IMG/VR virus record: IMGVR_UViG_3300003690_000017
Span: 1 to 58,803 of that record
From: a virus
Taxonomy: Duplodnaviria; Caudoviricetes
Reading direction: 5' to 3' (one strand)
Length of the DNA: 58,803 nucleotides
In this document: piece after piece, positions 45,695 through 55,945 of the stretch
Position numbering within the stretch: position 1 is the first letter of the stretch
How the letters are laid out: every line of letters starts with the position of its first letter
Translations under genes and position numbers: made by a program
The notes under the pieces: model-generated
Told to the model about the DNA's origin: nothing
Databases searched by the model: none
The model's input: only the letters and a program-made list of their open reading frames with translations

Positions 45695-47815
45695 TTGCCC
45701 GGAATGACCGACATCGTAGACGCGTTACATGGCCGCAAGGAAGGCCGGTCGTTTCGGGGCGACTGCCCCGTCTGCGGCGCGAACGATTTTGTTATCACGC
45801 CACCGCGAGACTCGAACATAGTGAACCCGCTCGTCTATTGCTGGCACGGTTGCGCTGGCGAGGATGTGATACAGGCGCTCACCGAGCAGGGGCTATGGAC
45901 AACCGCCGAGCAGAACGGCACTGTCAGCAGAAAAAGAAGGGCCGTTGCCCCTGATACCTTCCCGCCCTCCGAGCATACATCCACGCACGCGAGCCAAAAG
46001 CCGGATGTCAGCAAGCCCCCCGCGGCGATCTACCAGTTCCGCTGGAACAACGGCGATGACCCGGTGGCCGAGAAGGGTAGGTGGGAGACGCCCGATGGGG
46101 CCAAGACATTCAGGTGGCGCGGCTACGGGAAGACGGATTGGAAGGGCCTGCCGAGGCCGCTCAAAGAGAAGGACGTACCGCTCTACCGGACAGAAGACCT
46201 TGAGAATCTCGCCGCTGATGTGCCCGTGTGGTTCGTAGAGGGAGAGAAGTGTGCGGATGCGCTGGTGGGGGCGGGTTACGCGGCTGTGAGCGCTGGCGGG
46301 GGCGCTGGGCAGAGCGAGTTCGGCGAGGGCCTGACGATCCTGCGCGACAGGGCGGTGATCCTGTGGCCGGACAACGACTCGGACGGTCGCAAGTTTATGC
46401 ACGAGGTCGCCAAGCAGATCGAGCCTCAGGTGTCGCAGCTTGAGATAGTGCGCCCGGTCGTCAGCAAGAAGGGCGATGCCGTGGATTTCCTCGCCGAGGG
46501 TGGGGATGTAGAAGAACTGGAAGTGGCACCTTACACGACGCAACCTACGGTTGAGGCGCTTGAGGGCGATGACAATTTCCGGTGCCGGATACCTCTGGCC
46601 GAAGGGGCCATCCTGATCGACGGGCGCGACATGCGTCAGAACCCACAACGGATCGACTGTGACTTCGTGACTCGCGTGTCAGCACCGGGTTCCAAGAAGG
46701 ACATCTTCTCGGGCCGACTCAATCTGCTCTCCCTCAGCAATCGGGAGCTTTACCGGCGTCAACTGGACGCGATGTTCGGGAAGGAATTTGGGTGGACCGC
46801 GCACATAAACATCGCGACCTCCATGATTCGGAACGCCTACCTGATGTCGGACGATGCCGTCCAGCTTGCTGATGTGGACCCGGTGGTGGCGCACAGGGGC
46901 TTCCTCGTCGCCCCGTTCCTCCCGGCGCACCAACCGTCGATCTTCTTCGGCGACGGTGAGGCCGGTAAGACCTTTCAGGCATACCTGCTCGCGCTCTGCG
47001 TCGCGCACAAAATGGCGTATCTGAAATTTGATGTGCCTGCCGAGCACGGCCGGGTCATGATCGTGGACTACGAGACGGACAAGGAAACCGCCAAGGTGCG
47101 CCTACTGCGCCTCCTGAAGGGCCTCTCGCTGGGCTGGCCGCAGGACCGGCTGATTTATTGGGGCGCGCGAGGCATCTCTCTGCCTGCACAGAAGGAGGCG
47201 ATCAAGCGGCGCGTGCTGGAGGACGATGTGCGCCTGCTCGTCATCGACAGCGCCGCCGCCGCCTGCGGGGAGCCGCGCAACGAGCAGGAGGTGCTCGCGT
47301 ACTTCAACGCTCTGGCGTACATCGGGGTGACCAGCCTGACAATCGCGCATGTGAGCCACGGCGACGGCACTCAGAGGCAACGGTACAAACCCTTCGGATC
47401 GGTCTTCTGGCACAACGCAGCCCGATCCACTTGGTACGTGACGCGGGTACAGGGTGGTGGTGCTGACATGGAAGTCGGCCTGATAAATCGCAAAATGTCG
47501 AACGGCCCGCGCCACAAGCCCCTCGCAGTCACGATGAAATTCGATGATTCGGACCCACTCGGGTCGATCAGGGTGGAGACGGCCAGCGGCGACGACGTGC
47601 CAGAGATTCGCAACGAGCTTCCACTTCCGCAGCGGTTCATGACCCTCTTGCGTGTCGGCGAGAGAGTCGGCCGCACGGAACCGCACACGACGGAAGAGTT
47701 GTGCGCGCAGTCGTGGGTTAGCGAGGACGCCGGGAAGCGTGTGCTTACTGGGCTGGAACGCAAGGGTGAGATTCATTCTGCGGGTGACGGCCTGTGGGAG
47801 TTGCCCGCGCCTTAG
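45695..47815 (+). CDS. Primase-helicase (Zn-binding + TOPRIM + RecA-like AAA_25 + wHTH)
   Basis: CPVC...CWHGC; VEGEKCAD, WPDNDSDG, GDAVD; GDGEAGKT, LLVIDS. Confidence 0.85.
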   Translation: MPGMTDIVDALHGRKEGRSFRGDCPVCGANDFVITPPRDSNIVNPLVYCWHGCAGEDVIQALTEQGLWTTAEQNGTVSRKRRAVAPDTFPPSEHTSTHASQKPDVSKPPAAIYQFRWNNGDDPVAEKGRWETPDGAKTFRWRGYGKTDWKGLPRPLKEKDVPLYRTEDLENLAADVPVWFVEGEKCADALVGAGYAAVSAGGGAGQSEFGEGLTILRDRAVILWPDNDSDGRKFMHEVAKQIEPQVSQLEIVRPVVSKKGDAVDFLAEGGDVEELEVAPYTTQPTVEALEGDDNFRCRIPLAEGAILIDGRDMRQNPQRIDCDFVTRVSAPGSKKDIFSGRLNLLSLSNRELYRRQLDAMFGKEFGWTAHINIATSMIRNAYLMSDDAVQLADVDPVVAHRGFLVAPFLPAHQPSIFFGDGEAGKTFQAYLLALCVAHKMAYLKFDVPAEHGRVMIVDYETDKETAKVRLLRLLKGLSLGWPQDRLIYWGARGISLPAQKEAIKRRVLEDDVRLLVIDSAAAACGEPRNEQEVLAYFNALAYIGVTSLTIAHVSHGDGTQRQRYKPFGSVFWHNAARSTWYVTRVQGGGADMEVGLINRKMSNGPRHKPLAVTMKFDDSDPLGSIRVETASGDDVPEIRNELPLPQRFMTLLRVGERVGRTEPHTTEELCAQSWVSEDAGKRVLTGLERKGEIHSAGDGLWELPAP

Positions 47816-48207
47816 GAGCGGAACTCTCCGGCCTCGCCCCTCATGCGCTTTATCGTTCCGGGTATGAGCGCCCCGCCGCCGGGCGTCGGATTCTTGCTTT
47901 GGTGGCTCGTAAGCCGCTTGATGCACAACTCCCTGCCGCAGGTCACGCGGAGCGCCTGCGCGGGCCTCCCGCATACCGGACACGAAGCCTCCCTGTGGGC
48001 CGTGCTTCCCACATGGCGTCCGGCCTTGTGACCGACGGACCCGCTGTTCGTGCTCGAAACCGACCGCCCGTGGACGCCCACCTCCAGATACGGCGAACTG
48101 CTGCCCAGCTTCCTGCACTCCGGGCAGACGTGGTGCGTCGTCTTGTGCGGATGCTCATACATTTCGCCGCAGTAGTCGCACTCGTGCTCAGTCGGCGCGC
48201 TCATGAT
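47812..48207 (-). CDS. Cys-rich hypothetical protein
   Basis: CDYC, CPEC, CPVC, CGRELC motifs; coupled to the upstream gene. Confidence 0.55.
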   Translation of the reverse strand: MMSAPTEHECDYCGEMYEHPHKTTHHVCPECRKLGSSSPYLEVGVHGRSVSSTNSGSVGHKAGRHVGSTAHREASCPVCGRPAQALRVTCGRELCIKRLTSHQSKNPTPGGGALIPGTIKRMRGEAGEFRS

Positions 48208-49124
48208 GCCGCCCCACCTTTCTGCGACGGAATAGTCGCGTACTTCAACATTTGTGCGTCCCACGGCCCGTAGGTTGAGTACGTAGCCGCTTGGACTTGG
48301 GCTGCTGGCCTCCCGTAACGCTCGACCTGATCGGAGTCGATCTTACCAAGCTGGTAGTAGTAGTCGCGAGGCAGCGTGATGTCGTGCCCGTTGGCCCTGT
48401 CGATGACCATAACGAGAGTAATGGCATGGGCTCGCACCCCCGACTGTACTGGCATCTGCTCGGTGACCTCGATCCACGCGTGAGTGTGCCGGAAGGGGTG
48501 CTTGGTGCCCTGCACGTAGCCGTGGCAGAGCCGGGTTTTGCGTATTTCGTCAGCGTCCTTCAGATCGAGCATGTACAGGAAGGCGACCTCGAAGCAGTCG
48601 CCGTCAGAGACGAGCGGCGCAACCTGCCGCTGAAGCCCCTCGGGCGTCCATGAGCGGATTGTGCGGGGGAACGGGGGTTCTGTGCCCCGCATGCGCTTGC
48701 CGCGCAGCTTGCCCGCCCTGAGCGTCATCTCGGCCTTTTCCGCCGGATTGCCCTTGGCCCAGCGCCTAGAGTGGTCCTTGAGTTGCTGGCGGTAGCGGTC
48801 GTCTGTGTGATAGCGCTTGTTCGAGTAGCACGCGCCGCACATGCCTGCCACTCGCTTACCCGGCAGGGCTTCCCCGCCGCAGTGCGGGCAGACGGAGGGC
48901 AGGTAGTACGGATGCACCTTGCTGCCGTACTTCTTGAGGTTGGCCGCCTCCCGCTTGGCCTTCTCGCGACGCCCCCTCGTAGCGCGAGCCTTGGGCGTCC
49001 GCTGCCACTTGCCGGTGGCTTCCCTGCGCCGCGTTGCCCGCTCGGGCCGCAGGTCGTAATGCTTCCGGCAAAGGCCCTTCGCCAGATGCTTGTTCGTGCA
49101 GCCGGGTTCGGTGCAGGTCGTCAC
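48201..49124 (-). CDS. Zn-finger protein with a C-terminal papain/transglutaminase-like domain
   Basis: CTEPGC..GLCRKHY and CPHC..CGAC; C-terminal GDCFEVA...CHG...HAWIE. Confidence 0.55.
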   Translation of the reverse strand: MTTCTEPGCTNKHLAKGLCRKHYDLRPERATRRREATGKWQRTPKARATRGRREKAKREAANLKKYGSKVHPYYLPSVCPHCGGEALPGKRVAGMCGACYSNKRYHTDDRYRQQLKDHSRRWAKGNPAEKAEMTLRAGKLRGKRMRGTEPPFPRTIRSWTPEGLQRQVAPLVSDGDCFEVAFLYMLDLKDADEIRKTRLCHGYVQGTKHPFRHTHAWIEVTEQMPVQSGVRAHAITLVMVIDRANGHDITLPRDYYYQLGKIDSDQVERYGRPAAQVQAATYSTYGPWDAQMLKYATIPSQKGGAAS

Positions 49125-49408
49125 TGTTGTAGCTCCTTTAGCTCGCTTACGATGTCTTCCATGTCTGCGGGTCGCCAGAGCGCCCAATCTGCGCCAGCGG
49201 CCAGCAACGTGTCCCGCCAGACGATCTGGTCGGGGCCCAACTTGCCGGTCTTGCCTTTCAGTTCGCGGAAGAGGACTCGCGATGGCCCCACGATCACGCT
49301 GTCGGGGAAGCCCTCTTCGGACTTACGGGAGTCGTGCGTGTGGTAGTGAAGCAGCCCGAACTGCCTGCACACGGACGCCACCCATGCCTGTAATTTCTTC
49401 TCGCTCAT
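49121..49408 (-). CDS. VRR-NUC domain nuclease
   Basis: MSEKKLQ...GFPD...FRELKG..GKL..DQ..W PD-(D/E)xK pattern. Confidence 0.85.
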   Translation of the reverse strand: MSEKKLQAWVASVCRQFGLLHYHTHDSRKSEEGFPDSVIVGPSRVLFRELKGKTGKLGPDQIVWRDTLLAAGADWALWRPADMEDIVSELKELQQ

Positions 49409-49411
49409 TCG

Positions 49412-51355
49412 TTACCCCCGCACCACTTCCGACGCTCGCCGCGCCTGCGCCACGTTGTAGAGGCTATTGATCGCCGAACCGATGTACCGCGGCAGGTCCT
49501 CAGCCTTGCGACAGTCGATGAACTCGTCGCCGAACATCTTCTGCATGGCCTCCACCGCGCCGCCGCCCAGCATGATGCCGACGCCAAGGATTTCGATCCC
49601 GTCGTTGCGGAGGCCACGCAACGACAAGGCGGCTTCTTCGGGATCACCCGGCTCGCCGTCGTGAATGACGATCAGCACCTTGACTGGCTCTGGCCGCTTC
49701 AGCAGCATAGCCCCGAGGTCGCAGCACACAGGGTTGACCCATGTGGTGCCCCTGCTGGGGCATCCGGCGATACGGGCCAGACCAGTTTCGTCGTCCAATT
49801 GCTCGTCGCCCGGCAGGATCATGTAGCGCTGTGCGAACGTATCCGCCATGTGCCAGATGCCAAACTCATTGCAAACGAGGTGCATCATCCCGAGCGCCCG
49901 TTTCGCCATTTCGATCTTGCCGAAGTCGTGCATGGAAGTTGATACGTCGAGCGCAAACCCGATCGCCAGCACCCCGCCGTCGGGTTCCGGCTGGCTCGGA
50001 GACAGGAAGGGTTTCTCGCCTTGCGTGCGGATCACTGCCCTCATGCTGACACGGCCACCGTACGCGCCATATTCACGCGGCAGGTGAATGACCGGCAACA
50101 GCAGGCGGTTCGCCAACTGATTCGCCAGCGGTCGGACTATTGCCTCCAGATCGGTCGGGTCTTGCGCATAAACCATGCGGTGCCCCCTGCCCGCATCCAA
50201 TTCGCCATCCCCCTTCTCCGGGTTCTGGACGGCTGTCGGGGCCGCTATCTCCGGCGGCATCTTGCCGTCGTATTCCTCGGGGTCCCAGCGCTGGTCAGCC
50301 GGGGGCGGGGGCTCGCCGGGGTCACCTGCCCTAGCGGAGTACGGGTTACCCGGCGTGGCGTCATCGTTGATGGGCGGCGCGGTCGGCATGTCCGCCCGAA
50401 CCGGCTTGCCGACACCCCCGCCCCCCTGTTTCGCGCCACCTTCCTCGTCGCCGTCTGCGTCGTCCTCGTCGGACCCGGAACCATCCCCGTCGCCGCCCGA
50501 GTCATCTTCGGAGTCACTATCTTCCTCGGAGTCGTCGTCGCCAGCGCCGCCGCCCTCCGATTCCTCCTCGCCCTCGCTACCTTCCTCGCCGCCTTCCTCG
50601 CCATCGGCATCCGGCGACTCTTCCTGCGCCCGCTCGAATAGCAGGGCGACGATTTCCTCAGCGAAGTCGCATACCTGCTCGGCGTTGTCAGCACGGTACG
50701 AGCGCTCTGCGATCTCGACTACTTGGTCCCGCAGGTCTACGAGATCGGGATGAAGCTCTATCGCGTCGAGCGTTGCGCGCTTGAGGTTCGCATCACCGGC
50801 CTTGTTCGCCAACTGCCTCAGGAGCAGATACCGCATGACGTTATCGACATCGAGGTCGCACAGGAGCGGATCGCGCGCGCCCAGCCCTTTAGCCTCGTGC
50901 TCGGCCCGCAGACCTCGCACGTTCTGCTCTGCCATGCTGGCAGCTAGTGTCCGCAGCGGTGGCTTCGTGAACGAGTACATCCCGCCCATCGCCCTTTCAA
51001 TGCGCTCATCCTCCAGCACATTGAACACCTGATGAGTGATGAAGGCCCGCTTATCGCCCGCATCAAAGCGTCTCGTGTCGTACCGCGTAAATCGAGCGTG
51101 CCCGACCTCGTGAACCATGACGCCCCGGGTGACGTTGAACTGATCCTGCGGCGTGTCCCCACGGCTCATGCCCCACACGACAGCCTCGGGCGAGACGTGG
51201 ACGATGCGGGCATGTTGATCGCATGCGCCGACGAACCCCGCCGCCTTGATTGTGTCGGGAACCGTGAACTCTATCCGGTAGCCGGAATTCCCGAGAAACG
51301 AGCGCCCATAGGATCGAAGCGACTCTCGAATTGACGGCCATTCATACCATTTCAT
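49412..51355 (-). CDS. VWA-domain protein (CobT/NorD-like) with HExxH N-terminal domain and acidic linker
   Basis: HEVGH, FNVLEDERIE, MIDAS DVSTSM, T and HDGEP motifs. Confidence 0.85.
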   Translation of the reverse strand: MKWYEWPSIRESLRSYGRSFLGNSGYRIEFTVPDTIKAAGFVGACDQHARIVHVSPEAVVWGMSRGDTPQDQFNVTRGVMVHEVGHARFTRYDTRRFDAGDKRAFITHQVFNVLEDERIERAMGGMYSFTKPPLRTLAASMAEQNVRGLRAEHEAKGLGARDPLLCDLDVDNVMRYLLLRQLANKAGDANLKRATLDAIELHPDLVDLRDQVVEIAERSYRADNAEQVCDFAEEIVALLFERAQEESPDADGEEGGEEGSEGEEESEGGGAGDDDSEEDSDSEDDSGGDGDGSGSDEDDADGDEEGGAKQGGGGVGKPVRADMPTAPPINDDATPGNPYSARAGDPGEPPPPADQRWDPEEYDGKMPPEIAAPTAVQNPEKGDGELDAGRGHRMVYAQDPTDLEAIVRPLANQLANRLLLPVIHLPREYGAYGGRVSMRAVIRTQGEKPFLSPSQPEPDGGVLAIGFALDVSTSMHDFGKIEMAKRALGMMHLVCNEFGIWHMADTFAQRYMILPGDEQLDDETGLARIAGCPSRGTTWVNPVCCDLGAMLLKRPEPVKVLIVIHDGEPGDPEEAALSLRGLRNDGIEILGVGIMLGGGAVEAMQKMFGDEFIDCRKAEDLPRYIGSAINSLYNVAQARRASEVVRG

Positions 51356-51633
51356 TAAATGAACTCCTTTGCGTTCATGTTGAGTGCTATCCAGATACCC
51401 GGCTTGTCCTTGTCTACGCGACTCACCACCCGAATCCTGAGGCGGCGAGCGCACTGTACCCACGACTTGCGCATGGCGGCGGCCTCCGTGAAGGTGTCAG
51501 CCGCCACGAATAGGGCACCGTCGGGTCGCAGCGCCCGGAGGGCAATGGTCCGGGCTGAAAAGACCTTCCCCTTGTTGGGCGATTTGTACACAGGCATATC
51601 GTCGCGTGAGTGGATGTCGATTCTCTCGCCCAT
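51355..51633 (-). CDS. Hypothetical protein, possibly DNA-binding
   Basis: Coupled between the AAA and VWA genes (TAATG overlap). Confidence 0.6.
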   Translation of the reverse strand: MGERIDIHSRDDMPVYKSPNKGKVFSARTIALRALRPDGALFVAADTFTEAAAMRKSWVQCARRLRIRVVSRVDKDKPGIWIALNMNAKEFI

Positions 51634-51635
51634 GC

Positions 51636-53489
51636 TTACCGCGCCCCATCCGGGCGGTGGTTACGAATCAGTTGCCGCAGCGCATTCGCGCTGTCCGCAT
51701 TCACGCTCCCGGTCGCGTCCAAGCCAGCCACGTCGGGGAGCCACGTCATTTCAGCGGCGCTCTCGACGGCCTGCCCATACGGCGATCCATCCACGAGGCC
51801 CTTCAGGAGGCGGCGGTACATGACCACCTGCGCCCATGCGATCGTGCCTCGTGGGCTTATTGGGACCGGCAAGGACCGATTGGCGAACTGCGCTCGCGTC
51901 TCGACCGCCACGCCCACTATCCATCCGGCGATCTGCTCGTCAATGTCAGTGCGCCCAGTCAGGAGCTTGACTTCTTCGTCGCGAGGCAGGTACTCGAACG
52001 GCACTGTCACCGGGAAGCGGTCCAATAGCGCGGGGTCCACCGCGTTCGTACCGATGTATGCCTGCCCGACGTTCATCGCCATGAAGACCACGAACCCGGC
52101 TCCCGCTGCGACCTCGACGTTACCCTGCTGTGTCAGCACGATCGCGCCCCGTGATATTGCGCCAAGCAGCACATTCAGAGTTTTGCTGGGCATCCGGTTG
52201 GCCTCATCCACGAAGATCATCAGGCCATCCCGCATCGCCGTGGTGAGCGGTCCGTCCGCCCACTCGAAGCCCTTGGTGCCATCCTTCTCACTGATGGTCG
52301 GGATGAAGCCACCCAGCAGGTCGTCCGGCTGCATGGACTCGTGCCCCTCGACAGTGATGCCCGCTCCGATGTCGCGACCTTCCTTCACCTGAATGTACTC
52401 GCGGCACATGCGCATCACATTCAGGACGCAGATGGACTTGCCAGTCCCATGAGTGCCGACCGCTCGTGCGTGCAGGCCGTGCAGGCCCGCCATCATGAGT
52501 TGCCCGCTCTGTGGCCCCACAAACGGGGTATCAAGCGTGCCGACAACCGAGCCATCAACGTCAGCGATTGGGGCAAGCGATAGCACGCCCGTCTCCCGCC
52601 ACTCCTTGAGCTTCTCGGGGTCCGTGAACGCGACCGAGAGATTGGCGCTCGGTCGGTCCTCGGCGAACTGGCCCTCGTCCCAGTAGTTATGCCCGCTGCC
52701 GCTTACGTTGTCGTACTTCGGGAAGGTACGCTGCCATTCCTCCTGCCGGAAGATGTGCTGGCCGAGTGCGGCATTGTCCCCACTCGATGGGGGAATCGGA
52801 CTCAAGTCGCGGAACATCATCCAGAGCGTCAACTCCGTGACCACCTTGTTCACCATGATCCAGTTTGCCTCTGGCATGATGAAGTTCCTGATCGGTGGGC
52901 GCTCTTCCGCCACGTACGCTTCGAGCAGGTCGGCGTAGTGGTTCAGCACCTTCTCGCCGCGCTTGGGGGTCGCCAGCGCCCCGCACAGGGCTATCAGCGC
53001 GAGGTATTCCACCGGGTCCTTCCCGATCTTGTAGCCACGAATGCCCCAGCCCTGATACCCGCTTTGGTGGTAGCCAGAGTGTATCTGCGACAGGAACATC
53101 CGGTTGGTCACGTTCTTGCTGCGACCCGCCCAAGCATGGCGAGTCCGCATCTCTACGTGGGTGTACACGTCCACGCCGTATCCGTCGCCTGTGGAACTGG
53201 TCCGCACGTCCACGACCTGCCCGGTCAGGGCTGCAAACACCGCCTCCAGCACGGGCAGCGGAATCTGCGGCGCAAACGGTTCCGGGTCCACCCCATGGTC
53301 CGTGTTGTGTACCACGAGTCGCGTCGGCGTGTAGGTGTCGCCGCTAGGGTGCCGCCATTCCTGCCCCCATAGCGACTCGGGCAGGTGGAACTGGGGCTTC
53401 GCGCCCCCGGCAGAATGATCGGCCATCGTGGGACGCCTGAACAGCATGTCCGCGATGTACTCGTGCTGCGCAGCCTGACGAACAGCCAT
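51636..53489 (-). CDS. MoxR/CbbQ/NorQ-type AAA+ ATPase with a long N-terminal extension
   Basis: GTHGTGKS, DLLG, DGPLTTAM, FVDEANR, ALLDRF, ISPR motifs. Confidence 0.88.
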   Translation of the reverse strand: MAVRQAAQHEYIADMLFRRPTMADHSAGGAKPQFHLPESLWGQEWRHPSGDTYTPTRLVVHNTDHGVDPEPFAPQIPLPVLEAVFAALTGQVVDVRTSSTGDGYGVDVYTHVEMRTRHAWAGRSKNVTNRMFLSQIHSGYHQSGYQGWGIRGYKIGKDPVEYLALIALCGALATPKRGEKVLNHYADLLEAYVAEERPPIRNFIMPEANWIMVNKVVTELTLWMMFRDLSPIPPSSGDNAALGQHIFRQEEWQRTFPKYDNVSGSGHNYWDEGQFAEDRPSANLSVAFTDPEKLKEWRETGVLSLAPIADVDGSVVGTLDTPFVGPQSGQLMMAGLHGLHARAVGTHGTGKSICVLNVMRMCREYIQVKEGRDIGAGITVEGHESMQPDDLLGGFIPTISEKDGTKGFEWADGPLTTAMRDGLMIFVDEANRMPSKTLNVLLGAISRGAIVLTQQGNVEVAAGAGFVVFMAMNVGQAYIGTNAVDPALLDRFPVTVPFEYLPRDEEVKLLTGRTDIDEQIAGWIVGVAVETRAQFANRSLPVPISPRGTIAWAQVVMYRRLLKGLVDGSPYGQAVESAAEMTWLPDVAGLDATGSVNADSANALRQLIRNHRPDGAR

Positions 53490-53621
53490 CAGGCCGCGCC
53501 CTCGTGATTGATATTGATAGCGGAGAGATTCATGTGCGTGCATACCCCTTTCATGGCTAAGTTGCACAACCAGCAGCGTCCGTCCATCCAGCAGAACGGC
53601 ATTTTGCTGCCAACCGATCCC

Positions 53622-53650
53622 ACCTTAACAGTCGGTATCGGAATTGTCAA
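53622..53650 (-). promoter_or_regulatory. sigma70-type promoter
   Basis: TTGACA-17 nt-TAAGGT with TG extension, on the minus strand. Confidence 0.65.
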
Positions 53651-53727
53651 GTCTGCCCTCAGTCTACTCTGTGGCTACAGAGAGAGTTGATTCTATATTC
53701 AGTATAGTTACCATGCGGTGAGTGTAC

Positions 53728-54330
53728 TCAGCTACACCCGCCCTCCTTCCGTGCTGACATGGATGCGACTAGATCAGACATGATCGTCTCAACGCTTAGG
53801 TCCGGCTCCCCCATGCGCGTCCGTATCTGACGTAGGTGCGCTATGTCCTCGATCGCCTGATCGGTTTGGGTGATGAGGTCGGACCAGACCGTGGACGCCG
53901 ACGCGCACCCGCACTGGTCGTCGTACCTAACGCTCCATGCGTCCCGTTCCGATCCGGTTCCCCCATGCTCGGCCTCGAACTGCTTGAGGCTCTTGTAGTC
54001 GGCGTACTGCGTCGTGATGCGCCCGTCGCCCGTAGTGTCGAGCGCATCGGTCAGCTTCAGCGCGATCCACATGAAGTCGCGATACCCGTGCCAGCAGGCT
54101 GCGTTGACGCGCCGGTAACCATTGGCGGTATGGAGTGAGCCGCTGATTCGCTGGTACGCGAAGCGCTGATGCTCGGGGAACGCCATCCCTCGCACATTGA
54201 ACATGAGGTCGTCGAGAATCTCAACGCCCTTCGGCCTCGGCAGGCGCTTGTTGGGCGCGAGCGTGAACCTGAAGGCGGCACCCTTGACGCCAACGACCTT
54301 GATGCCATCGCGAGGCACCAGATTGGTCAT
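53728..54330 (-). CDS. Hypothetical protein
   Basis: About 200 aa in the minus-strand run; ACWHGYRDF motif. Confidence 0.6.
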   Translation of the reverse strand: MTNLVPRDGIKVVGVKGAAFRFTLAPNKRLPRPKGVEILDDLMFNVRGMAFPEHQRFAYQRISGSLHTANGYRRVNAACWHGYRDFMWIALKLTDALDTTGDGRITTQYADYKSLKQFEAEHGGTGSERDAWSVRYDDQCGCASASTVWSDLITQTDQAIEDIAHLRQIRTRMGEPDLSVETIMSDLVASMSARKEGGCS

Positions 54331-54377
54331 GCTCAGGGCGCGCATGATGAACGGAGCCGGGATGCCGCGAAGGAGCA

Positions 54378-54860
54378 TTACGGGAACGCCGCCGGGTTCT
54401 GAACCCAGACCGCGTGAGCAAGGCCGAGGCATTTCGCACACGTACCCCACGGCATCGGGTCGCCGACACTGAGGTTCGCGGCGATCTCAGCCAGAGCGAA
54501 CTCGTCCATGTCCGCCAGCGGGATGAAGCGAACACAGTCGGTCGCGCCTTCGATGCCATCCCCCATCACGATGTAGGTGTTGTTGCACTTCACGCACCGG
54601 ACCCCGCGCAGGGTGGCGATGTCGCCATCGAGCAGACGGCCAACCGTTTCAATCGCGTGCTCGATGGCCTCCTGCACAGCAGTCGCGTCCACCATCTGCG
54701 GAATCACCTGCATCACCTTGCGTAGCTCGAACTCCATCGCGTCGCGAATCCCTCTGCACGTTACGCCGATTGCCTTCGCGTCAAGCGGCGCGGCCTTCTT
54801 AGGCTCGCGCAGGATGATTAGCTCCTTCGCCTTGTCGTCCTGTCCCGATGGGTGCGTCAT
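54378..54860 (-). CDS. Hypothetical protein with CxxC pairs
   Basis: CVKC and CAKC; ATGA coupling. Confidence 0.55.
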   Translation of the reverse strand: MTHPSGQDDKAKELIILREPKKAAPLDAKAIGVTCRGIRDAMEFELRKVMQVIPQMVDATAVQEAIEHAIETVGRLLDGDIATLRGVRCVKCNNTYIVMGDGIEGATDCVRFIPLADMDEFALAEIAANLSVGDPMPWGTCAKCLGLAHAVWVQNPAAFP

Positions 54861-55189
54861 GAGTTCACGTAGATGAACGCGTAGGCCGGGGTGTCCTTGT
54901 CGCACACCTGACCGAATATCGCGTTGAAGCTGGCTGCGAACGTGTCCAGAAGCTCGAACAGGGTGTCGAGCAGAAGCTCGATGCGCGAGTTGGACACGTC
55001 GTAGCTGCGGCGCTGCGCGTATCTGTACTCCTTGCGAAACGCCTTGGCCGTCTCCGGCTGTAGGTCGCGCAGTGTGCGCCAGAGCCTCGGTATCATGATG
55101 GCGGGGTCGTCGCTATCGCAAACGACCTCATCGTACGAGAAGGGCACTACTGTCGTGTCGTCCATCCTCTTCGGTACAACCGCCTTCAT
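54857..55189 (-). CDS. Hypothetical protein
   Basis: ATGA coupling on both sides. Confidence 0.55.
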   Translation of the reverse strand: MKAVVPKRMDDTTVVPFSYDEVVCDSDDPAIMIPRLWRTLRDLQPETAKAFRKEYRYAQRRSYDVSNSRIELLLDTLFELLDTFAASFNAIFGQVCDKDTPAYAFIYVNS

Positions 55190-55518
55190 CGCCCTATCTC
55201 GCGCTTGATGTCGCCAACGGTCCTCACCCGCCAATGCGAGTCGCGCTCCAGCCTGAGACTGCCACCGGGCCCAACCTCAGCGTGCGCCAACTCCGGGAGT
55301 GAGAAGTACCCGAGTTCAGCGAACATCGGGTCGTTGAAGTTCACGTACCCGAAGAACATTTGGGTGCCGGGATCGTACTCCGTCGCGTACCAATCTCCAG
55401 CGCCCCATGGGTTGAAGAAGTGGGCGACGATCTCAGCTTCATCGCCCCTCCCGTCCTGATCTCCCACATGGGCGAATCGTTTGAGCAGTTCCTTCGTGAG
55501 AAGCATCTGCGTAGCCAT
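55186..55518 (-). CDS. DUF2958 family protein
   Basis: FFNPWGAGDWYATE...FFGY...ELGYFSL.EL...LERD signature; AAGGAG RBS. Confidence 0.82.
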   Translation of the reverse strand: MATQMLLTKELLKRFAHVGDQDGRGDEAEIVAHFFNPWGAGDWYATEYDPGTQMFFGYVNFNDPMFAELGYFSLPELAHAEVGPGGSLRLERDSHWRVRTVGDIKREIGR

Positions 55519-55579
55519 AGGCAAACTCCTTTCTGTGCTTGTTGCCTGTGATGACAGCTTTGGGGCTGCCAAGGTGGAC

Positions 55580-55609
55580 AGCCTAACAGCAGTCCACCGA
55601 ATCTGTCAA
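55580..55609 (-). promoter_or_regulatory. sigma70-type promoter
   Basis: TTGACA-18 nt-TAGGCT with TG extension. Confidence 0.6.
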
Positions 55610-55684
55610 GGCTTCACTGTGAACCCTGAATGAATCTATATATGCGACACGCCTTGCGTGCTATGCGCTCAAGTGTGCGTCTGC

Positions 55685-55945
55685 TTACATGGGCGCTCCC
55701 CGTGCTGACACCACGATGCGCTCGTCATCGCCCACGCAGACGATCCCGGCCACCTCCTCCAGACCGTCGAAGGCTGACGCCACGAACGCCACGCGAAGCG
55801 GGGCGACTAGGTGAGTCCCGTCGGGCTGGGGGATCGCGACGAAGAGGGGCAAGCCATCGTCGTTCGGGAATGTCCTCAGCGCCTCACCGATCAAGTCCCG
55901 AAGGCCGTAGATCGGTTCGGTCGGGTCGGTCAGGTCAGTCATCAT
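55685..55945 (-). CDS. Hypothetical protein
   Basis: ATGA coupling. Confidence 0.55.
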   Translation of the reverse strand: MMTDLTDPTEPIYGLRDLIGEALRTFPNDDGLPLFVAIPQPDGTHLVAPLRVAFVASAFDGLEEVAGIVCVGDDERIVVSARGAPM

